From assembly GCA_963814115.1 (NCBI GenBank), contig CAWFBS010000016.1:256431-320430 (forward strand): a DNA stretch of 64,000 nucleotides, written 5' to 3'. The translations under genes were made by a program, and so were the position numbers. The DNA is from an uncultured Chloroflexia bacterium. GTDB lineage: Bacteria > Chloroflexota > Limnocylindria > Limnocylindrales > CSP1-4. Numbering within the stretch: position 1 is the stretch's first letter; the number at the start of each line of letters is the position of its first letter. Below the pieces are notes generated by a model, which was given only the letters and a program-made list of their open reading frames with translations, had not been told where the DNA came from and made no database searches. Below, piece by piece: positions 9,263 to 20,071 of the stretch.

Positions 9263-11233
9263 ATGGCTATGACGAAGCGGGACGGCGCACCCCGTCAACT
9301 GGCCGGCCACGCCGCCGGATCCGTGCCGGCCGGGACCGGCGATGGGCGCGCGGCCCGCGCCCCGGGCCCTGCCGATCTCGCCCCGGCGACCCGGCGCAGT
9401 CACCTCCCAGGCGCCGGGTCCCCGGCCGCGGAGGCGATCGAGCGGGCTCGGCGCGACATGCTCCACGAGGGTGGCCGCGTGCATGCGGAAGCCGCTGATC
9501 GGCGCGAGCATCGGGCGCGGATCGGTGCCGACGTGGTCTGCGAGGCGATCCTGCGCCAGGGCGTGGACGTCCTGTTCGGGTATCCGGGAGGGGTCATTCT
9601 CCCCCTCTACGACGTACTCGGCGACCATCCGGCCCTTCGCCACGTCCTGGTCCGGCACGAGCAGGGTGCCGCGCATGCCGCCGACGGCTATGCGCGGGCG
9701 ACCGGCAAGGTCGGCGTCTGTCTGGGCACCTCCGGCCCGGCGGCCACCAACCTCGTCACCGGCATCGCGACCGCGCAGCTGGATTCCGTGCCGATGGTCG
9801 CGATCACCGGCAACGTGGCCAGCGCGCTGCTCGGGAAGGACGCGTTCCAGGAGATCGACATCACCGGGATCACCCTCCCGATGACGAAGCACAACTACCT
9901 GGTCCGGGATGCCGATGACCTGCCCCGCGTGCTCGCCGAGGCGTTCTACATCGCCCGGACCGGCCGCCCGGGACCGGTCCACGTCGACATCACGAAGGAC
10001 GCGCTCCAGCAGGAGACGAATGCGCCCCATCCCTCGGACGAGGAGATCGCAGCAGGCCTGCCGGGCTTCCGCCCGAACCTCGCCGGCCACGCCCGCCAGC
10101 TTCGCCTGGTCACGGAGGAGATCAGCCGTGCCAAGCGGCCGATCATCTTCGCCGGCCACGGGGTGCTCATCTCAGACGGGATGACCGAGCTTCGCGAGCT
10201 TGCCGAGCGCACCCAGATCCCCGTGGCGTGGACGCTGCTGGGAATCGGTGCCTTCGACGAGACGCACCCCCTCGCCTACGGCTACATGGGAATGCACGGC
10301 TGGAAGCACGTGAACCGGGCGATACAGTCGGCCGACCTGATCCTGGCGATCGGGATGCGCTTCGACGACCGCGTGACGGGCAGCGTTAAGACGTATGCGC
10401 CGTTCGCCCGGATCGTCCACGTGGACATCGACCCGGCCGAGATCGGGAAGAACGTCGCCGTGGAGGTCCCCGTGGTGGGTGACGCCAAGCGCGTCATGGC
10501 TGCGCTCCTCGCGATGCTGCCCGTGACCGACCCGACATCGCGGGCCGACTACCACGCCCAGCTTGCCGAGTGGCGCCGCGAGTCGCTGGCCGGAAGCTGG
10601 CACGGCTCGGGCGCCTGGCGCGACGGATTGCTGTCGGCCGACTTCGTGATCTCGCAGATCGGCGAGGCCACCGGGCACGATGCAACAATGGTCGCCGACG
10701 TCGGGCAGAACCAGATGTGGATGGCGCGCTACGCGGGCTACCGCCGGCCCCACAGTCACCTCTCTTCCGGTGGTCTGGGGACGATGGGCTACGCCATGCC
10801 GGCGGCGATGGGGGCCGCCCTGGGTCGCCCGGACAAGTCGACCTGGGCCGTCTGCGGCGATGGCGGCTTCCAGATGACGGTCCAGGAACTGGCGACGCTC
10901 GTCCAGGACCGGATCCCGGTCCACATCGCGCTCATGGACAACCACAAGCTGGGCATGATCCGGCAGTGGCAGGAGCTCTTCTACGCGAGCAACTTCCAGT
11001 CGTCGCACCTCTTCGGACCGGACTTCCTGAAGCTCGCCGACGCCTACGGCATCCCGGCCTGGAAGGTCCGCTCTCCCGACGAGGTGCGGCCGGCCATCGA
11101 GGCGGCGAATGCCGTCGAGGGGCCGACGCTCGTCTGGTTCGAGATCGCCGAGGAGCAGAACGTCTTCCCGATCATGCCGGCCGGCAAGGGCCTCTCCGAC
11201 CTGATCGAGACATGGGGCGAGGTCGACGAATGA
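9263..11233 (+). CDS. ilvB: Acetolactate synthase (acetohydroxy-acid synthase) large subunit
   Basis: TPP-enzyme motifs ([35 protein letters not shown]). A GGAGG ribosome-binding site precedes the ATG at 9263. An alternative start at 9459 would remove about 65 aa of N-terminal extension. Confidence 0.85.
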   Translation: MAMTKRDGAPRQLAGHAAGSVPAGTGDGRAARAPGPADLAPATRRSHLPGAGSPAAEAIERARRDMLHEGGRVHAEAADRREHRARIGADVVCEAILRQGVDVLFGYPGGVILPLYDVLGDHPALRHVLVRHEQGAAHAADGYARATGKVGVCLGTSGPAATNLVTGIATAQLDSVPMVAITGNVASALLGKDAFQEIDITGITLPMTKHNYLVRDADDLPRVLAEAFYIARTGRPGPVHVDITKDALQQETNAPHPSDEEIAAGLPGFRPNLAGHARQLRLVTEEISRAKRPIIFAGHGVLISDGMTELRELAERTQIPVAWTLLGIGAFDETHPLAYGYMGMHGWKHVNRAIQSADLILAIGMRFDDRVTGSVKTYAPFARIVHVDIDPAEIGKNVAVEVPVVGDAKRVMAALLAMLPVTDPTSRADYHAQLAEWRRESLAGSWHGSGAWRDGLLSADFVISQIGEATGHDATMVADVGQNQMWMARYAGYRRPHSHLSSGGLGTMGYAMPAAMGAALGRPDKSTWAVCGDGGFQMTVQELATLVQDRIPVHIALMDNHKLGMIRQWQELFYASNFQSSHLFGPDFLKLADAYGIPAWKVRSPDEVRPAIEAANAVEGPTLVWFEIAEEQNVFPIMPAGKGLSDLIETWGEVDE

Positions 11234-11805
11234 GCGAAACTCAGCAGCCCGCGGCCCACGCCGCGCCGCCCCCGCGGACGATCCCCGGGACCGGCGCGCA
11301 GCGCCGTCACGTCCTCGTAGCCATCGTCAACAACCGTCCGGGTGTCCTGAACCGCGTGGCCAGCCTCATGCGAGCCCGCAACTTCAACATCGAGTCGCTC
11401 GCGGTCAGCCATCTCGACGACCCCGAGATCTCGCGCATGACCATCACGCTGCGCGGCGACGACGTGAACGTGGAGCAGGCCGCCAAGCAGCTCTACAAGC
11501 TGATCGACGTGCTCAAGGTGCAGGACGTCACGGACGACCCCACGGTCCAGCACGAGCTGCTGCTCGTGAAGGTCCGTGCCACGGATCGCAACCGGGGCGA
11601 GCTGATCTCGATCGTCGAGATGTACAAGGCCCGGATCGTGGACATGGCGCCGGAGTCGGTGATCGTGGAGGCGACCGGCACGGAGACCGAGGTGGACGCG
11701 CTCATCGCGCTTCTGCGCGGCTACGGCATCAAGGAGCTGGTGCGGACCGGGACGGTCGTGATGTCCCGCGGATCGCAGTCCATCGAGGAGGCCACGAAAC
11801 GATGA
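11230..11805 (+). CDS. ilvN: Acetolactate synthase small (regulatory) subunit
   Basis: [33 protein letters not shown]... is an ACT domain. The start overlaps the ilvB stop as ATGA. Confidence 0.85.
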   Translation: MSETQQPAAHAAPPPRTIPGTGAQRRHVLVAIVNNRPGVLNRVASLMRARNFNIESLAVSHLDDPEISRMTITLRGDDVNVEQAAKQLYKLIDVLKVQDVTDDPTVQHELLLVKVRATDRNRGELISIVEMYKARIVDMAPESVIVEATGTETEVDALIALLRGYGIKELVRTGTVVMSRGSQSIEEATKR

Positions 11806-12857
11806 CGGCGCGGATGTACTACGACGCGGACGCCGACCCGGCGGCGCTCGCCGGCCAGACGGTCGCGATCATCGGGTTCGGAAGCCAGGGCCACGCGCAC
11901 GCGCTCAACCTGCGGGAATCGGGCGTGGACATCGTGGTGGGGCTCCCTGCCACCTCGAAGAGCCGGCGCATCGCCGAGGATGCCGGGCTCCGCGTGGCCG
12001 ACGTGGCCGACGCGGTCCGCGGCGCCGACGTCGTGATGATCCTGGTCCCCGACACCGCCCAGAAGGCGGTCTTCGAGGCAGACATCGCGGAGAACCTGAA
12101 GCCCGGTGCCCTCCTCATGTTTGCCCACGGGTTCAACATCCGGTTCGCGCGGATCAGCCCTCCGGCCGGGATCGACGTCGGGATGGTCGCCCCGAAGGGG
12201 CCCGGCCACCTGGTCCGCTCCGTCTACCGTGCAGGCGGCGGCGTGCCCGCGCTCTTTGCGGTGGAGCAGGACGCCACCGGTACGGCGCGTGCCCGGACGC
12301 TTGCCTACGCGCGCGCGATCGGCGCGACGCGGGCCGGCGTCCTGGAGACCACGTTCAAGGAGGAGACCGAGACCGACCTGTTCGGCGAGCAGTCCGTCCT
12401 GTGCGGCGGGACCGCGGCCCTGGTGAAGATGGCCTTCGAGACGCTCGTGAAGGCCGGCTACCAGCCCGAGCTGGCCTATTTCGAGACACTTCACGAGCTC
12501 AAGCTGATCGTGGACCTGATGTACCGCGGCGGCCTCAACTTCATGCGCTTCAGCGTCAGCGACACGGCCGAGTACGGCGACTACGTGAGCGGTCCCCGGA
12601 TCATCGACGAGCGCACCCGCGCCACCATGGAGCAGGTCCTGCGCGAGATCCAGGACGGGACGTTCGCGGCGCGCTGGATCGCCGAGAACGACACCGGGCG
12701 CGCCGAGTTCGAGCGGCTGCGCGCCGTCGATCGCGACCACCAGATCGAGCAGGTCGGGGCACGCCTCCGGGCGGCCATGCCCTTCCTCGACCCGGTCACG
12801 GTCCAGGCAGGCCAGGCGCAGGCCGCGGCCTCGGGCGCGGCGGGGGAGGGTCACTGA
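11802..12857 (+). CDS. ilvC: Ketol-acid reductoisomerase
   Basis: The protein begins [41 protein letters not shown]... The start overlaps the ilvN stop as ATGA. Confidence 0.9.
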   Translation: MTARMYYDADADPAALAGQTVAIIGFGSQGHAHALNLRESGVDIVVGLPATSKSRRIAEDAGLRVADVADAVRGADVVMILVPDTAQKAVFEADIAENLKPGALLMFAHGFNIRFARISPPAGIDVGMVAPKGPGHLVRSVYRAGGGVPALFAVEQDATGTARARTLAYARAIGATRAGVLETTFKEETETDLFGEQSVLCGGTAALVKMAFETLVKAGYQPELAYFETLHELKLIVDLMYRGGLNFMRFSVSDTAEYGDYVSGPRIIDERTRATMEQVLREIQDGTFAARWIAENDTGRAEFERLRAVDRDHQIEQVGARLRAAMPFLDPVTVQAGQAQAAASGAAGEGH

Positions 12858-14482
12858 TGCCCGTCCCGGTACCGGCCGGCCCGTTCGTGCCCGCGGGCAC
12901 GGTCAGGGTCTTCGACACGACCCTCCGCGACGGGGAGCAGGCGCCCGGCGCAGGGCTCACCGCCGCCGAGAAGCTGGAGGTTGCGCGCCAGCTCGTCCGC
13001 CTCAACGTGGACGTCATCGAGGCTGGTTTCCCCGCCGCCTCGCCCGGCGACTGGGAGGCCGTCAACCGCATTGCGAAGGAGGTCCGGGGCGTCGCGGTCG
13101 CCGCGCTCGCCCGCTGCCGCGACGGCGATCCGCAGAAGGCGGTCGAGGCGATCCGGATCGCCGAGCGACCGCATCTCCACGTCTTCATCGCGACCTCGGA
13201 CATCCATCTCAAGCACAAGCTGCGGATCTCACGCGACGAGGCGCTCGCTGAGGCGGTCCGCTGGGTCCGCTACGGCCGGGAGCAGCTGGGCCGCGACGCC
13301 GAGATCGAGTTCTCCGCCGAGGACGCCTCACGCACCGACCCGGCCTTCCTCCTCGCCATTTACGAGGCCGTGGTGGGCGCCGGCGCGACGACGGTCAACA
13401 TCCCCGACACCGTCGGGTATGCGATCCCGTCCGAGTTCGCGGCGCTCGTAAGCCGGGTCGTCGACCTGGTCGGATCCGGCGCCACGATCTCCGTCCACTG
13501 CCACAACGACCTGGGGCTGGCGACCGCGAACACCCTTGCCGCCGTCCAGGCCGGCGCGCGCCAGGTGGAGGTCACGATCAACGGGCTCGGCGAGCGCGCC
13601 GGCAACGCTTCCCTCGAGGAAGTGGTCATGGCGCTCCGGACTCGTCCTACCCAGTTCCCGGAGCTGCTGAGCCGGGTCCAGACGGAGCACATCACCACCG
13701 CAAGCCGGCTGGTAAGCCACCTGACCGGCTTCGCGGTTCAGCCCAACAAGGCGGTGGTGGGCGCGAACGCGTTCGCCCATGAGTCGGGGATCCACCAGGA
13801 TGGCGTGATCAAGAACCCGCTGACCTACGAGATCATGACCCCGCAGTCGGTGGGCCTGTCCGGCAGCCAGCTCACCATCGGCAAGCTGTCAGGTCGCAAG
13901 GGGCTCCAGAAGAAGCTCGGCGATCTTGGTCACGATGTCTCCGGGGATGCCCTCGACATCGTGTACCGCGAGGCGATCGCCCTCGCGGACGTGAAGAAGG
14001 AGGTCACCGACGCCGACCTCCTCGCGCTCGTCCAGCAGCGCGCCGGTGACCTGCCGGCCTCGATCGTGCTCGACGGGTGGAGCGTCACGTCCTCGCACGG
14101 CGGCCGGTCCACCGGAAGCGTGCGGCTTGCGCTCGACGGCCAGGAACGGGCGGGCGAGTCGACCGGCAACGGCCCGGTGAACGCGCTCTACCGCGCGGTG
14201 GACGAGGCGATCCGGCCCGTCGTGGGCTGGGAGCCGACGCTGGTCGAGTACGAGATCAAGGCCGTCACCGAGGGCGAGGACGCCCAGGGGCGCGTCTTCC
14301 TCCGCTGTCGCCGCTCGACGGACGTGGGCGACGACGCGATCGTCGTGACGGGCCACGGCCTCTCCACGAACATCATCGAGGCATCCCTGGAGGCGTACAT
14401 CGTCGCCGCCAACAAGCTCTGGGCGGTCGAACGAGACCAGGCGTCGCTGCCCGTGCTACGGCCCTCGGAGCGGCTGCCGTGA
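12857..14482 (+). CDS. leuA: 2-isopropylmalate synthase
   Basis: [19 protein letters not shown]...HCHNDLGLA... The start overlaps the ilvC stop as TGATG. Confidence 0.85.
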   Translation: MPVPVPAGPFVPAGTVRVFDTTLRDGEQAPGAGLTAAEKLEVARQLVRLNVDVIEAGFPAASPGDWEAVNRIAKEVRGVAVAALARCRDGDPQKAVEAIRIAERPHLHVFIATSDIHLKHKLRISRDEALAEAVRWVRYGREQLGRDAEIEFSAEDASRTDPAFLLAIYEAVVGAGATTVNIPDTVGYAIPSEFAALVSRVVDLVGSGATISVHCHNDLGLATANTLAAVQAGARQVEVTINGLGERAGNASLEEVVMALRTRPTQFPELLSRVQTEHITTASRLVSHLTGFAVQPNKAVVGANAFAHESGIHQDGVIKNPLTYEIMTPQSVGLSGSQLTIGKLSGRKGLQKKLGDLGHDVSGDALDIVYREAIALADVKKEVTDADLLALVQQRAGDLPASIVLDGWSVTSSHGGRSTGSVRLALDGQERAGESTGNGPVNALYRAVDEAIRPVVGWEPTLVEYEIKAVTEGEDAQGRVFLRCRRSTDVGDDAIVVTGHGLSTNIIEASLEAYIVAANKLWAVERDQASLPVLRPSERLP

Positions 14483-15699
14483 CAGCGGAGGCCGACCTTC
14501 CCAGCTACCGGCTGGTCGCGATCCCGGGTGACGGTGTCGGCCCGGACGTCGTCGCCGCCGCGAAGCGCGTCCTCGCCGCGGTCGGCACGCGCTTCGGTTT
14601 CGCCATCGCCTGGCAGGACATCGTGGTGGGCGGGGCGGGGATCGACGCGTATGGCATGCCGATCCGCCCGGAAGACCTGGCCGTCTGCGCAGGGAGCGAC
14701 GCGGTCCTCCTCGGCGCCGTCGGCGGTCCGAAATGGGACGACCCGGCCGCATCGGTCCGGCCCGAGCAGGCACTGTTCGCCATGCGCGGCGGCCTGGGTC
14801 TGTTCGCCAACCTCCGCCCCGTGAGCGTCCACCCGGCCCTCGTGGCGGCCTCACCGCTCCGCCCGGAGCTGCTCGACGGCGTCGACATGCTGATCGTGCG
14901 CGAGCTGACCGGCGGCCTCTACTTTGGAGAGCGGGGCGAGCCAGCCGGTCCCGCCGGCGCGCGCGCGGCACACGACCTGCTCCCGTACTCCGAGCCGGAG
15001 ATCACCCGGGTCGCGCGCCTTGCGTTCGAGCTTGCCCGCGGACGCCGGAAGCGGCTCACGAGCGTGGACAAGGCAAACGTCCTGGCCACGTCGCGGCTCT
15101 GGCGCACCGTCGTCCACGAGCTTGCCGCCGAGTACCCGGATGTCGCGCTCGACGACCGGCTCGTCGATGCGTGTGCGATGCAGATCGTGCGCTCGCCGGC
15201 CTCGTTCGACGTGCTCGTCACGGAAAACCTCTTCGGCGACATCCTGTCGGACGAGGCGTCGGTCCTCGCCGGCTCGCTGGGGATGCTTCCGTCGGCATCG
15301 GTCGGGTCCCGCCGGACGGCCCACGGCCTGCTCGGCCTGTACGAGCCGATCCATGGCTCCGCGCCGGACATCGCCGGGAAGGATCTCGCGAACCCCATCG
15401 GCACGATCCTCTCCGCGGCGATGCTCCTGCGCTGGTCGCTGGGACAGACGGAAGCTGCGGACGCCGTTGAGCGAGCGGTGAGCGCTGCCCTCGACGCGGG
15501 CTTCCGCACCGTTGATCTCTGGCCGCGGGACGCGGCGGCCGCCGAGACCTGCGTGCGCGTGGGCACCGCTGGCATGGCCGACGCCATCGAAGCCCGCATC
15601 GAGGGGGCCTCGGAGCCTCCCGGGCGGGAGCCCCTGGGCGGCCCCGACCTGGACGTCCCCACGATGGTCGCCACCTCCCAGCTCCTGGGACTGCTGTGA
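14479..15699 (+). CDS. leuB: 3-isopropylmalate dehydrogenase (GTG start) with a roughly 30-aa C-terminal extension
   Basis: YRLVAIPGDGVGPDV...NLFGDILSDEAS...GSAPDIAGKDLANP. The GTG start overlaps the leuA stop as GTGA. Confidence 0.85.
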   Translation: MTAEADLPSYRLVAIPGDGVGPDVVAAAKRVLAAVGTRFGFAIAWQDIVVGGAGIDAYGMPIRPEDLAVCAGSDAVLLGAVGGPKWDDPAASVRPEQALFAMRGGLGLFANLRPVSVHPALVAASPLRPELLDGVDMLIVRELTGGLYFGERGEPAGPAGARAAHDLLPYSEPEITRVARLAFELARGRRKRLTSVDKANVLATSRLWRTVVHELAAEYPDVALDDRLVDACAMQIVRSPASFDVLVTENLFGDILSDEASVLAGSLGMLPSASVGSRRTAHGLLGLYEPIHGSAPDIAGKDLANPIGTILSAAMLLRWSLGQTEAADAVERAVSAALDAGFRTVDLWPRDAAAAETCVRVGTAGMADAIEARIEGASEPPGREPLGGPDLDVPTMVATSQLLGLL

Positions 15700-17429
15700 T
15701 GGACGGCCCGGCGCCGACAATCGCGGCAGCTCTGCCGGTGGTCCTCTACGACACGACGCTTCGGGATGGGACCCAGGGCGAGAACATCATCCTTTCCCTC
15801 GCCGACAAGCTGCGCATCGCCCGGATGCTCGACGAGTACGGGATGCCGTACATCGAGGGCGGCTGGCCGGGCTCCAACCCCAAGGACGTCGACTTCTTTG
15901 CGGCCGCCCGCTCGATCCACTGGGAACGGGCCAGGCTGGCCGCGTTCGGCTCCACCCGGCACCGGGCGAACCTGCCCGAGGCCGACCCGAACCTGCGGGA
16001 GCTCGTGGCGGCCGAGACGCCGGTCGTGACGATCTTCGGGAAGAGCTGGCTCCTCCACGTCACCGAGGTGCTTGGCGCGACGCCGGCCCAGAACCTGGAC
16101 ATGGTCGCGGAATCGATCGGGTTTCTCGTGGACCGCGGCCGGGAGGCGATCTACGACGCGGAGCATTATTTCGACGGGTATCGCACGGATGCCGGGTACG
16201 CGCTGGCCACCCTGCGTGCCGCCCGGCAGGCGGGGGCGCGGAGCCTGGTCCTGTGCGACACGAACGGCGGCACGCTGACCGACGACCTGCTCCGGATCGT
16301 GGGCGAGACGCGCGCCGCGCTGGAAGGCGACCCGGACGCCCCGGCCGTGACCTGGGGAATCCACACCCACAACGACGCGGAGCTCGCCGTCGCCAACTCC
16401 ATCGCCGCGGTGCAGGCCGGGATCCGCCACGTCCAGGCCACGATCAACGGGTACGGCGAGCGCTGCGGCAACGCGAACATGGTGAGCGTCCTCGCGAACC
16501 TCGCGCTCAAGACCGACCTCGCGCTGCTGCCCCACGGGGGCGGCGAGATCGCCAACCTGACCGAGCTGAGCCGGTCGGTCGCCGAGATCGCGAACGTCGC
16601 ACCCAGCGACTACCAGCCCTTCGTCGGGCGCAGCGCGTTCGCCCACAAGGGGGGCGTGCACGGCGCTGCGGTCGCGAAGGTCGAGCGAAGCTACCAGCAC
16701 GTGGACCCGGCACTGATCGGCAACCGGGGCCGGCTGGTCGTGTCCGAGCTGGGTGGCAAGGCGAACACGCAGCTCCGGGCCGAGCAGCTGGGCCACGGGC
16801 TGGAAGGGGTGGACCCGCGCGAGCTCTCGAGGCTGATCAAGCAGCTGGAGGCGGACGGCCTCGCGTTCGAGGGCGCCGAGGCGTCGTTCGAGCTGCTCAT
16901 CCACCGCCGCAGCGCCGGGTACGTCGCGCCGTTCCGGATCCTCGACTTCACGGTCCTGGTGGAGCAGCGCGAGGGCCGCGAGCTCCTGGCGGAGGCGACG
17001 GTCAAGGTGGAGGTTGCCGGGGAGGTGCTCCACACGGCGGCCGATGGGAACGGGCCGGTCAACGCCCTCGACGCCGCCCTGCGCAAGGCGCTCGGGGCCT
17101 TCTACCCGATCCTCGACGGGGTCCACCTGCGCGACTACAAGGTCCGCATCCTCGACGGCAACGAGGCGACCGCCGCCCGCACTCGCGTGGTCATCGATTC
17201 GGCCGAGGGCGCCCGCACGTGGTCCACGATGGGCTCGGACACGAACATCATCGCGGCTTCGGCCGCAGCGCTGGCGGACTCGCTGGAGTACGCGATCTGG
17301 AAGTCCGGGGGGAGCTCCGGCGGCGCGACGAGCGCCACTTCACCGCGCCGGCAGGCGGCGGCGCCCGATGAGCGACCTGGTCGACCGGGCGGATGCCGGG
17401 GCGCCCGGCACCCTGGCCGATGTCCCTGA
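15696..17429 (+). CDS. cimA: Citramalate synthase-like enzyme (LeuA family 2, CimA-type) with a C-terminal LeuA allosteric domain
   Basis: LYDTTLRDGTQGENIILSLADKLRIARMLDEYGMPYIEGGWPGSNPKD matches the CimA/LeuA-2 subfamily signature. The start overlaps the leuB stop as ATGA. The last roughly 40 aa look like read-through. Confidence 0.7.
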   Translation: MMDGPAPTIAAALPVVLYDTTLRDGTQGENIILSLADKLRIARMLDEYGMPYIEGGWPGSNPKDVDFFAAARSIHWERARLAAFGSTRHRANLPEADPNLRELVAAETPVVTIFGKSWLLHVTEVLGATPAQNLDMVAESIGFLVDRGREAIYDAEHYFDGYRTDAGYALATLRAARQAGARSLVLCDTNGGTLTDDLLRIVGETRAALEGDPDAPAVTWGIHTHNDAELAVANSIAAVQAGIRHVQATINGYGERCGNANMVSVLANLALKTDLALLPHGGGEIANLTELSRSVAEIANVAPSDYQPFVGRSAFAHKGGVHGAAVAKVERSYQHVDPALIGNRGRLVVSELGGKANTQLRAEQLGHGLEGVDPRELSRLIKQLEADGLAFEGAEASFELLIHRRSAGYVAPFRILDFTVLVEQREGRELLAEATVKVEVAGEVLHTAADGNGPVNALDAALRKALGAFYPILDGVHLRDYKVRILDGNEATAARTRVVIDSAEGARTWSTMGSDTNIIAASAAALADSLEYAIWKSGGSSGGATSATSPRRQAAAPDERPGRPGGCRGARHPGRCP

Positions 17430-17970
17430 TGGCCGGGCGGAGGTCGGTCTCCACCTCCGGCGCTGGACCATGACCACGGGGTCTGGATCCGAACGAGTGG
17501 CGGGGTCGCGGGCCGCGGTGGTCCTCGCGGCCGGGGATTCCCAGTGGGAGGGCACGGCGGAGAGCGAGGGCGCCATCGGCGCCGTCTTCGGCGCACTCGA
17601 TGCCGCGCTGGAGGAGGTGCTGGGTGGTCGGGTTCGGCTGGTGGCTTTCGACGTTCACGCGATTGGCGAGACCGCGGCCGCCGATGCCTTGGTGGAGCTT
17701 GCGATCGAGCCGCCGACCGGCGCGTCGGGCGAGCGGGCGGCCGGCCGTTACCCCGGTTCCGCACGGCACGTCAACCTCGTGGCCGCATGCGCCGACGCGT
17801 ACCTCGCGGCGCTCCGCGCCCTCCTCGCCGACGACGCCTGGGCGGGCGCCATGACGGCGGCCGGCAACGACCGGCTGGCCCGCGTGCGCGCGCAGGCGGC
17901 GAGATCGGCCGCCCGTGCCGAGATCCACGCCGACGCCGACCTGGATCCAGCGGACTGGTTCAACCCGTAG
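17368..17970 (+). CDS. Small protein consisting of a LeuA/CimA-type C-terminal allosteric (LeuA_dimer-like) domain; stand-alone or mis-framed
   Basis: AIGAVFGALDAAL...VRLVAFDVHAIGETAAADALVELAIE...ARHVNLVAACADAYLAALRALL follows the two-unit pattern of LeuA regulatory domains. It overlaps the cimA 3' end by 62 nt in the +1 frame. Confidence 0.45.
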   Translation: MSDLVDRADAGAPGTLADVPDGRAEVGLHLRRWTMTTGSGSERVAGSRAAVVLAAGDSQWEGTAESEGAIGAVFGALDAALEEVLGGRVRLVAFDVHAIGETAAADALVELAIEPPTGASGERAAGRYPGSARHVNLVAACADAYLAALRALLADDAWAGAMTAAGNDRLARVRAQAARSAARAEIHADADLDPADWFNP

Positions 17971-18053
17971 GCGTTCGGCCCGACATTTCCGACACCCGTG
18001 ACCCGGTGCTAGCCGACACGCCAGGTGCCGGCCAGCACCCCAGCAACCGTCCG

Positions 18054-19010
18054 ATGCGTCGCTCGCCGCGTATGCTCCGGGACATGGACGCGCACGAGCC
18101 GGACGACGCGCCGCGAACCCCGTCGCGCCGCGGCGCCCGCCCTGACGCGGCAGGCTCCGTGCCGCTTGCGGCCTTCTCCGGTGAGCCGGGTGCGTTCGCG
18201 GAGGACGCCGTCCACGCCTACTTCGGCCCCGCAACCACGACGCTCGCCGTGGGCGGCTTCCGCGCGGTATTCGAGGCCGTCCTCGCCCGGCGCGCGGCCG
18301 CAGGCGTCGTCCCCATCGAGAACCTCGTCAACGGCACAGTGCGCGAGAACTACGACCTGCTCCTCGAGTTTCCGCTGGAGATCCGCGGCGAGGTCGTGAT
18401 CCCCGTCCACCTGTGCCTCGCGGCGCTGCCGGGCGAGCGGCTCGAGACGATCGAGCGGGTCTACTCGCATGTCCAGGCGCTCGGCCAGGCGGACGCATTT
18501 CTGCGGACCCGGCCGTGGACGCTCCTGACCACGTACAACACGGCGGGCGCCGGCAAGTCGATCATCGAGCGTGAAGAACGAGGCGCCGCCGCCGTCCTCT
18601 CCCCGCGCGCCGCAGCCCGGTTCGGCCTGGAGATCCTCGCCGATGGGATCGAGAGCGTCCCCGAGAACCGGACGCGGTTTCTTGTGGTGGCGGCCCGCGG
18701 GATCGAGCTTCCCGCGGCGGCACCCGGCGCGACTGCCCCGGATGGTGCCATGCGCACCACCCTCGTGCTGGGCGTTCGCAACGAGCCGGGGACGCTCCTG
18801 CGCTGCCTGGCCGTGTTCGCCGCGCACGGGCTCAACCTGTCCAGCCTGGAGTCACGGCCGGCGCACGATCGGCCGTGGGACTACGTCTTCTGGGTGGACC
18901 TGGATGCCGACGCGGCAGCGCCCGCGACCCGCGCCACGCTCGCGGAGCTGGGCGCGGTCACGACGCTCGTGCGCGTCCTGGGGTCCTACCGGCAGGGAGC
19001 CGGCGGGTGA
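18054..19010 (+). CDS. pheA: Prephenate dehydratase (PDT domain plus C-terminal ACT domain)
   Basis: LAAFSGEPGAFAEDAV...TRFLVV...LLRCLAVFAAHGLNLSSLESRP. The start codon among 18054, 18072 and 18084 is uncertain. Confidence 0.8.
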   Translation: MRRSPRMLRDMDAHEPDDAPRTPSRRGARPDAAGSVPLAAFSGEPGAFAEDAVHAYFGPATTTLAVGGFRAVFEAVLARRAAAGVVPIENLVNGTVRENYDLLLEFPLEIRGEVVIPVHLCLAALPGERLETIERVYSHVQALGQADAFLRTRPWTLLTTYNTAGAGKSIIEREERGAAAVLSPRAAARFGLEILADGIESVPENRTRFLVVAARGIELPAAAPGATAPDGAMRTTLVLGVRNEPGTLLRCLAVFAAHGLNLSSLESRPAHDRPWDYVFWVDLDADAAAPATRATLAELGAVTTLVRVLGSYRQGAGG

Positions 19011-19034
19011 TCCGGATGGCGCCCTCGCCGGCTC

Positions 19035-19898
19035 TCACCGGCTGGTCGCCTCCACCTTGATCGGCGTTCCGTCGGGGACTGGCAAGGCCGGGGACCTTCG
19101 GGTCTGCGGCCAGGCGACGAACAGCGCCATCGGGACCAGGTAGAGCAGCCACCCGGCTACCTCGATCTGGACCGGGCGCGCCTGCAGGCCGAGGACGCCG
19201 GTCAGGAGCGCAGCGACCGTGGAGCCGGGCTGGATCAGCCAGCCCAGATCGGCCACCTGGGCCTGGCCGGCGCTGATCCAGCCTGCCTCGTGGGCCGTAT
19301 GGAACGACGTGGCGACGAGCCCAGCGGCGACCAGCACCAGCACGAGACCCGTCAGGCGAAAGAACCGGGCGAGGTTGAGACGGACGCCGCCCCGGTAGAT
19401 CCCGTAGCCGATGCCGGCAGCCACGCCGATCCCGAGCAGGGCCCCGACGCCGGCCGCCAGCGCCGAGCCGCTCGCGTTGAACGCCGCGAGCAGGAACACG
19501 GCTGTCTCGAACCCCTCGCGAAGCACGGCGAGGACCGCCATCCCGATGAGCGCCCAGGCGGTTCCCTCGGCGAGAGCCGTCGCGGCCGCGTCCTCGAGGT
19601 CACGCTTCATGCCGCGCGCATGGCGTCGCATCCACACGATCATGTAGGTGACCATCACCACGGCCGCCGCACCGACCACCGTCTCGAGGCCGTCCTGCTG
19701 CGTCTCCGGCAGGCTGGCGGACCAGACCTGCAGGGCAACGGCGACGGCGAGACAGATCGCGATCGCGATCGCCACGCCCGCCCACACGAGGCGCAGCGCG
19801 TCGGCGCGTCCCCGTTGGCGAAGGAACGCGGCGACGATCCCGACGATGAGCGCCCCCTCCAGGCCCTCGCGCAGGCCGATGACCAACGTCTCGAGCAC
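19035..19898 (-). CDS. FTR1/EfeU-family high-affinity iron (Fe2+/Pb2+) permease
   Basis: Two REXXE motifs (REGLEGALIV and REGFETAVF) and seven or more transmembrane helices. The GTG start at 19898 is preceded by an AGAGGGGG ribosome-binding site. Confidence 0.75.
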   Translation of the reverse strand: MLETLVIGLREGLEGALIVGIVAAFLRQRGRADALRLVWAGVAIAIAICLAVAVALQVWSASLPETQQDGLETVVGAAAVVMVTYMIVWMRRHARGMKRDLEDAAATALAEGTAWALIGMAVLAVLREGFETAVFLLAAFNASGSALAAGVGALLGIGVAAGIGYGIYRGGVRLNLARFFRLTGLVLVLVAAGLVATSFHTAHEAGWISAGQAQVADLGWLIQPGSTVAALLTGVLGLQARPVQIEVAGWLLYLVPMALFVAWPQTRRSPALPVPDGTPIKVEATSR

Positions 19899-20071
19899 GC
19901 TGCCCCCTCTTGCCCGCCGACGCGGCGGCCTCGAACGCCAGAGTACTGGCGCCTCAAGAGGGGTGTCAAGCGCACCTTCGTGAACGTCGAAGGTCACCTT
20001 GCATAGGCACCGTCGGCGCGCATGCTGATGCGCCCGAAGCGTTCCTTCGCCTCCTCGCGTAGAGTGCGCCG

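Noticed and set aside
14919-17126. A 735-aa antisense ORF opposite leuB and cimA
   Set aside because: Typical spurious high-GC antisense frame. leuB and cimA are strongly supported on the + strand.
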